DNA of 64,000 nucleotides, taken from positions 62,001 to 126,000 of IMG/VR virus record IMGVR_UViG_3300034073_005389; one strand, given 5' to 3'. Within the stretch, counting starts at the first letter, position 1. Each line of letters begins with the position of its first letter. Below, piece by piece: positions 59,501 through 64,000 of the stretch. Below the pieces are notes generated by a model. The model had not been told where the DNA came from and searched no databases. It was given only the letters and a program-made list of their open reading frames with translations. The translations under genes were made by a program, and so were the position numbers.

Positions 59501-61302
59501 AATTCAATTGGAGCCAAATCAATATTAATTTCTCCGTAACAAGTTTTTTTGCGCATATGGTCACAAAAATCATGTTCTGCTTTAGCTACTCTTCCACAGT
59601 CGCTACAAATGGCTCGACCTACTGCCGTACCCATTGACACACTGGTTTGCATCATAGATGCGACCTTCTTAGCTAAATCTGGATAATTTGCCTTGTCTAG
59701 GGCGCATAAAGCAACTACTCTTTTTAAATTGCGATCATAATATGTATCTACAATAAAACCACGAGTATGATCTACTGAACTAGATTTATGATCAATGCAC
59801 AATGGCTTATGTACCCATTTTTTATGGGCTTTTATTAGCTCTTCTTCAGGGAAAATATCGCCGTTGCAGTTAGAAACTACAATCCAGTTAGCTACATAAG
59901 AATTGTCTTCCTCTACTTCTAAATTATAAACATCGCCACTATAAAATACTTTTTCTACTCCTAAAATAGAGTGAATACAGTATTGATCAATAAATTTATT
60001 TAAATTTTTATTTTTAGAAGTTTTATTAAGATTTAATTTTTCTGAGTTTTTAATGATCTTTTGACCATTAGTAGAATTAATTCTTATTCTAAATACATTA
60101 TGCTTACCATTTATCTCTCTTCCATTAATTTGAGAAGATGAGGGAGGTGTTTCATAAATAGTATTATGAACTCCTAAGCTATATAACATTAATCTAACTT
60201 GAGAAGCTAAATTAGGAGAAATAGTAGTTCCAGTGATTCTAGCGGTATCTTTTCCTATGCTTCCATCACCTTCTAACCAGCCTAAAATAAATTGTTGTTT
60301 TACTTCATCTGAACCGAATACTAATTCAGGGCTGAGTGTCTTAGTAAGGCTATATTCTCCTACATGATTTAAAAAGAACTTATAAATATCTTTTTGATAA
60401 GCAGTTACTGTACATTTATGATTTTTCTCATCTACCTTAACAGTAACATTTACATTATTAAATTCTGACTGTAATAGTTGCTTAGTAAGTAAACCAAGTG
60501 TATTGTATTCATCAGCCGAATATGTAAAACAAACAACATTTCTGTGTTTGTTATGAGTTTTGTTTAAACTACCTTCTGCGGCGTATAAGCCTAATAATCT
60601 AGCTTGATTCGGCGTAAGATCTGAATCTACTTTTTTATTTAAATTAATAGATAATAGAAAATCTTTTAAATTTAAATCTTTGGCGGAAACAAATGAAAAT
60701 TCTTTATTTGTATTTTTTTGATTCCATATTCTAAATTTAGAAGTAGTAGATTTCCATTTATTGTTAGAAACTTGTAAACGATAAAGTGGATGATTATCAG
60801 TAGTAGACAATTTAATATTGTTATTAACATTAAATTGAAGTAAGTTGTCATGATGAGGAGTAATAAACTTTCTTAATACTTTTTTGGCTCTACCTTTATG
60901 GGTAATAACCATATCTCCTGGCTCTACATCTTCTATGTTTTTAACTGCTCCATTTTCTAAAAGAATTTTGGTTCTTGGAGGAAAACAATTTTTATATGGT
61001 TTGATATTTGGATCATTTGTTTGCCAACGCCAAGTATTACCAGTTTTATCCCAACCTACTTGAACTGCTTCTCCTTTAACATTTAATTTAGGAGTGCCAT
61101 CTTCATTTAAAGCAGCAGCTTCGGCAGCATGCATCATAACAGCTGAGAAATAAAGAAAATCATTTGCTTTAGGAGCAATCTTTTTTAAAGCAGATGCAGT
61201 TTTTTTAAAACTATCAAGCATTTCTTGATTTACAGCAGGAATACAAGAATCTGCATTCTCGATTCTGCTAATTTCGTGAGTTTCGCCTATTTTGATAAAC
61301 AT
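56554..61302 (-). CDS. Prohead protease-scaffold polyprotein containing an intein
   Basis: The extein reads KN-CNGDIFP..EL...KPLCIDH...RGFIVD...VSMGT...CSDC...CDH...ELSIV..GADP, the His/Ser order of phage maturation proteases. Long coiled-coil C-terminus. Confidence 0.75.
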   Translation of the reverse strand: MFIKIGETHEISRIENADSCIPAVNQEMLDSFKKTASALKKIAPKANDFLYFSAVMMHAAEAAALNEDGTPKLNVKGEAVQVGWDKTGNTWRWQTNDPNIKPYKNCFPPRTKILLENGAVKNIEDVEPGDMVITHKGRAKKVLRKFITPHHDNLLQFNVNNNIKLSTTDNHPLYRLQVSNNKWKSTTSKFRIWNQKNTNKEFSFVSAKDLNLKDFLLSINLNKKVDSDLTPNQARLLGLYAAEGSLNKTHNKHRNVVCFTYSADEYNTLGLLTKQLLQSEFNNVNVTVKVDEKNHKCTVTAYQKDIYKFFLNHVGEYSLTKTLSPELVFGSDEVKQQFILGWLEGDGSIGKDTARITGTTISPNLASQVRLMLYSLGVHNTIYETPPSSSQINGREINGKHNVFRIRINSTNGQKIIKNSEKLNLNKTSKNKNLNKFIDQYCIHSILGVEKVFYSGDVYNLEVEEDNSYVANWIVVSNCNGDIFPEEELIKAHKKWVHKPLCIDHKSSSVDHTRGFIVDTYYDRNLKRVVALCALDKANYPDLAKKVASMMQTSVSMGTAVGRAICSDCGRVAKAEHDFCDHMRKKTCYGEINIDLAPIELSIVVNGADPKAHIKHIIAAANTLNTYVENKSNELNKFADVFHASISTQGDQPGDTANFTCESNTLDGFEQEIQNILSQVKQMKENANNGALKTDTQDSNNMMPPGIPQNARYASNNLEDITDLNSINELREVTAAIETKLQLMKNKLNKLANTSNIQEEQHMSGSNFDKRGYFQGGGGVNEPTPGQAKYTKDPLNEDMRMNGDKQMVGQSPFPGVGDVTGLHPSPASSDESDELQRKKMLARAEAEERAMRRTAIVNMAKQALEDKRAYYQGGGGVNEPTPGKVKYPVDSLNMDARSEDKQMVGQKPFPGVGDVNSLHPSPASSDEANELKRKQMLARAGLKARFVKAANLDGTTNFENSGWQVLLGDKLLLTASVRELSGGNTNMMYDSIATKDFGARLLDKVKSYGPDGVRTLVRQAQAAPPALPAPPAPAAPPAAAAPAAPPADMGAAAPAAPAAGEEDVEDEGMKGDPKETALRLSEKVRDLSSDLVEAVRALTGEKAEMGAIEELGKEAPEAGAEVPEAGAEAGGELATAASSFSVSTLNTLRKELNGALTRAMKESIAELNDHYQELGMLSTIHKNGSVNRANKELVNTLASDAFAEAKTAIADGLKLMTAFVKYARGTKALVKRAQMEASLKKTAQRRKAALKKSAQGSESDLADLLNMPLGSGLNENLFTSDESSADDLMSYDDDGDTNDMDSDMVYVDDASKVNDAMSANPGKTVAVKKATAFDTKSGRSALRAKLAADALGKMDDGELHDMSKAEFSDMLDQAHRLTNGQTKLDVKPSDELGLVETVEQRSRKMMDVATAPVKVRKEAEAIARLVSEGKLDTADFPALVAEGLDPAAVKYYKQYYGQVDGGSEFASELVKEHVKAQVEDELNGYRVKLARAYELAHEMVDRGLCVNDSYAVSAQVDEIMKFNDESFQSLKRVVAKHAPTLQKEAGRMPQVGMIGSGEVNTAQSDDWSQLSAAFAKTSKRMF
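58483..58995 (-). repeat. Two ~75-aa internal repeats in the protease polyprotein
   Basis: KR[GA]Y[FY]QGGGGVNEPTPG...DKQMVGQ.PFPGVGDV..LHPSPASSDE..EL.RK.MLARA at 58771-58995 and 58483-58704. Confidence 0.9.
59869..60987 (-). mobile_element. Intein (373 aa) with LAGLIDADG endonuclease
   Basis: Block A CFPPRTKILL; block B TTDNHP; LLGLYAAEGS and FILGWLEGDGS; block F VYNLEVEEDNSYVAN; ends VSN/C(+1). Confidence 0.92.
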
Positions 61303-61309
61303 TATTCAC

Positions 61310-61909
61310 CTATAATATGAGGTTTCTATTTATAATAGATAAAAATTCTTCTGAAGTTTTAGTGCCTTTTTGTAAATTGCAAGAGGCGCAAGATGGCACT
61401 AAATTACTAATACAATGATTTCCGCCTCTACTTAATGGAACTTTATGATCTAAATGCAGATTTATTCCTCGTTTAACAAAAATTTTACAATAAAAACATT
61501 GATTGTTATTATTAATTAATAAATTATTAATTTCTATTTGACTGATATTTTCTGCATTAATTAACTTTTTTCTTTTATTATTTTTTAATAAAATATATTC
61601 TTTATTATTTTCTCTATACTTTTTGTTTTTATTTTTAAAATATTCTTTATTGTTTTGATAATAAATTCTTTGTTTTTGCAATCTTTCTTCTCTATGTAAA
61701 GCATGTGATTTCTTACAACTATCTCTACATTTATCTATATTTTTTATATATTGTTGTTTGCGCAATTGCTTAATATGTTCTTTATTTTTTTGAGCATATT
61801 CTTTTACACATTGCTTGCATCTTATTGCATGATCATCTAAATAAGATTTATTTTTAGAAAATTCTTGTAATTGTTTTAATAAATTACAAGTGCAACATAT
61901 TTTTTGCAT
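61310..61909 (-). CDS. HNH homing endonuclease
   Basis: CFYC...LHLDHKVPLSRGG.H..SNLVPSCASCNLQK. Confidence 0.85.
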   Translation of the reverse strand: MQKICCTCNLLKQLQEFSKNKSYLDDHAIRCKQCVKEYAQKNKEHIKQLRKQQYIKNIDKCRDSCKKSHALHREERLQKQRIYYQNNKEYFKNKNKKYRENNKEYILLKNNKRKKLINAENISQIEINNLLINNNNQCFYCKIFVKRGINLHLDHKVPLSRGGNHCISNLVPSCASCNLQKGTKTSEEFLSIINRNLIL

Positions 61910-62061
61910 TAGTTTTTTAAATTTTTAGAGTTATTTTCTGATTCTTTTGATTTTTCAGCAAGCAAAGAAGCTTCTTTTAAAGCTTTCTTTTGTTCTTCTG
62001 TTAATTGTTCTGGTTCAACTACTGAGAGTATTTTACCATCGCCATGTTTAATAAAAGCCAT
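61909..62061 (-). CDS. Small protein (50 aa) MAFIKHGDGKI...
   Basis: Read manually: GAGG RBS; the TAA overlaps the next ATG (TAATG). Confidence 0.65.
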   Translation of the reverse strand: MAFIKHGDGKILSVVEPEQLTEEQKKALKEASLLAEKSKESENNSKNLKN

Positions 62062-62072
62062 ATAAACCTCGA

Positions 62073-62726
62073 CTATCCTTGCACTAAGTTATTACGTTCT
62101 TTAATAGTATCATTTAATTGATCTTCTCTTCTATTAAATAATTCTAATATTAATGGTTTTTTGTGTTCTAATTTCATATTTAATTCATCGCCAACGGCAT
62201 CTACCCAGCTGCTAGCTAAAATGTTTTCTTGAACATATGAAATAATTCTTTCTTCTACTAATTTATCTATTTCTTCAGATTTGTCTTGAATTTTTTCAAT
62301 GGAAGAGACAATGTTTTTAGTAAATTCTTTAGAATTTAAATCATCAAATAAATCTACGAAATCATTTACAGCTTCTTCTAGTTCATCTACTGAATTAATA
62401 TATGATTTCATTATTTTAATAATTTGAGTATCAGAGCCGAAAGTTTGCATAACTTTTACACATTTAAAAGCGACTTGTTTAAAGTCGTTAAAGTTTTTAA
62501 CAGACTCATCACGATATCTTCTAATAGCGGCTCTGGTTTTAATAATTTCTTCAGTAGGAACTTCTGGGTTATCTTTAAAAGATGTTTTCATGATATTCAA
62601 ATGATCACTTGCTTTTTTCAATTTTTTATTAGCATAATTAAAGCAAATAATAGCATTTTTTGCCTGATGCTTTTCAGCAACAGTCACGTCATAGCTCATT
62701 TGAACAGAAGCGGCATTTTTTTTCAT
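62073..62726 (-). CDS. Helical hypothetical head-associated protein
   Basis: 217 aa, coiled-coil; starts MKKNA. Confidence 0.5.
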   Translation of the reverse strand: MKKNAASVQMSYDVTVAEKHQAKNAIICFNYANKKLKKASDHLNIMKTSFKDNPEVPTEEIIKTRAAIRRYRDESVKNFNDFKQVAFKCVKVMQTFGSDTQIIKIMKSYINSVDELEEAVNDFVDLFDDLNSKEFTKNIVSSIEKIQDKSEEIDKLVEERIISYVQENILASSWVDAVGDELNMKLEHKKPLILELFNRREDQLNDTIKERNNLVQG

Positions 62727-62746
62727 AATAATATTGTGTTTTATGC

Positions 62747-63520
62747 CTAATCATAAAAGAAGCCAGAGTAGTTTTCTACTGGACCTACTCCACGAATTCC
62801 TGCATCGTTATTAAATAATCCTACTAAAGGTACTATATCTTTGTTTTCAGCAGGTTGTACAGGTCTATTATAATTTTCTCTAGTAGGAGATTGATCATTT
62901 ATATACACATACAATGCATCCATAGGATATTGCCTTGTAGGAGTTAAATATGGGGCGAATGATCCTCGTCTGCCTTCATCTAAAAAAGTGTCTCTATTAT
63001 CTGAAATATATTCTCTTTGATTAGATACAATATTAGATCCATCTAATTTAGACATTAAATTATCTTTTTCTAATTTAGAGTTTCTAATTAATTTTTTAAA
63101 CAAAGTAACGACTTTAGGATCTAAACCAACTCCAAATCCTAATGAAACGGCTTCATTAATAGCATCTTCTGGGTCCATTCCTAAATATTTTGTTTTAAAT
63201 AATCCAATTAATAATCCAGTGCGGTCTTTTCCTGCATGACAATGTACGAAAGTAGGAGCATTATCTAATAAAAGTTCTTTTAGATTAAATTTTAATAATT
63301 TGAAAATATCTTCATATAAAGAATCAAATTCAATTGGAATAATAACTTGTTCAATATCTAATAGTTTACAAGCTCTTGAAATTCTATCAGCATCTAGTTG
63401 ATCTAAGCTAATAATTTTATTAATTTTTAACTTTTCTTTTAATAAACGAACATCGTCAGGGCTAGGAGCACTGCCTCGAAATAATAAATTAGGGATTACT
63501 TCTACAAAGCGATGTATCAT
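62747..63520 (-). CDS. Protein tyrosine / dual-specificity phosphatase
   Basis: LFRGSAP and the P-loop VHCHAGKDRTG (CX5R). Confidence 0.88.
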   Translation of the reverse strand: MIHRFVEVIPNLLFRGSAPSPDDVRLLKEKLKINKIISLDQLDADRISRACKLLDIEQVIIPIEFDSLYEDIFKLLKFNLKELLLDNAPTFVHCHAGKDRTGLLIGLFKTKYLGMDPEDAINEAVSLGFGVGLDPKVVTLFKKLIRNSKLEKDNLMSKLDGSNIVSNQREYISDNRDTFLDEGRRGSFAPYLTPTRQYPMDALYVYINDQSPTRENYNRPVQPAENKDIVPLVGLFNNDAGIRGVGPVENYSGFFYD

Positions 63521-64000
63521 AAATACCTAACTAAGTTGTTAAGTACTTCTCTAATATACCTAGGATTATGGTTGAAAAGTACAGTTTTAACGAAGGTGAT
63601 TGATTGCCCTAAAGAAGATGAGGCGGGCATTTTTTTAGAACCTAGCTCATTTTCATTTAAATAATAAAATTTTTGTTTTAGTCTATTAATAGATTTTTGT
63701 CTTTTTGCTGGAGAGATTCTATTTAGGATAAATTTAACAATATTAGCTAAATAGTTGCCAACTGTTTTTGGATCACCTAAACTAGGTAGGGAGGCGGCTA
63801 CTTTGACTAATTTATTTTTTATTTTAATTTTATATAATTTTTTAAACTTTTTTAAAGCATGATCTAAGGCAACATTAGGAACATTCTTCATTTTGCTTTT
63901 AACAGCTTGATCAAAATAAAATTTATATTCTTTTATAAACTCATTAGCAATATCGGGATCAATTTTGTTTAATTCTCTCATGATAGCAGATAAAGAAAAG
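63517..64000 (-). CDS. Hypothetical protein (probably begins beyond the window's right edge)
   Basis: The frame is open upstream of ATG 63981 to the edge; LVKVA motif; overlaps the phosphatase start. Confidence 0.55.
   Translation of the reverse strand, partial: FSLSAIMRELNKIDPDIANEFIKEYKFYFDQAVKSKMKNVPNVALDHALKKFKKLYKIKIKNKLVKVAASLPSLGDPKTVGNYLANIVKFILNRISPAKRQKSINRLKQKFYYLNENELGSKKMPASSSLGQSITFVKTVLFNHNPRYIREVLNNLVRYL

Noticed and set aside
1-64000. CRISPR array, tRNA/rRNA genes, stop-codon reassignment
   Set aside because: No spaced repeats or cloverleafs were recognised. Long genes are intact in the standard code and TAA, TAG and TGA all serve as stops.

Overview
This window is the virion morphogenesis region of a large, AT-rich (roughly 30% GC) contractile-tailed phage, probably a jumbo myovirus. 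Almost all genes are on the minus strand. In transcription order (right to left) it carries: a tyrosine/dual-specificity phosphatase, an intein-containing prohead protease-scaffold polyprotein, putative internal head proteins, two paralogous decoration-like proteins, a major capsid gene split by a group I intron, fibre/accessory genes, neck proteins, a 2008-aa appendage protein, tail terminator, sheath, tube, frameshifting tail chaperones, tape measure and baseplate genes. About 13 homing-endonuclease-type domains are interspersed. Main observations: (1) the tripeptide D-G-Y occurs about 29 times in 12 predicted outer virion proteins and is absent from the capsid, core and tape-measure proteins; (2) a complementary hydrophobic-x-K-x-A motif and a shared helical module mark the head-interior proteins; (3) a LAGLIDADG-DNA methyltransferase fusion is coupled to a Zn-ribbon nuclease; (4) there is a second candidate -1 frameshift in a head gene; (5) a high-GC domain is grafted onto a collagen fibre; (6) SET and phosphatase enzymes sit inside the structural module. 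Structural product names come from synteny and motifs only; no database search was run.
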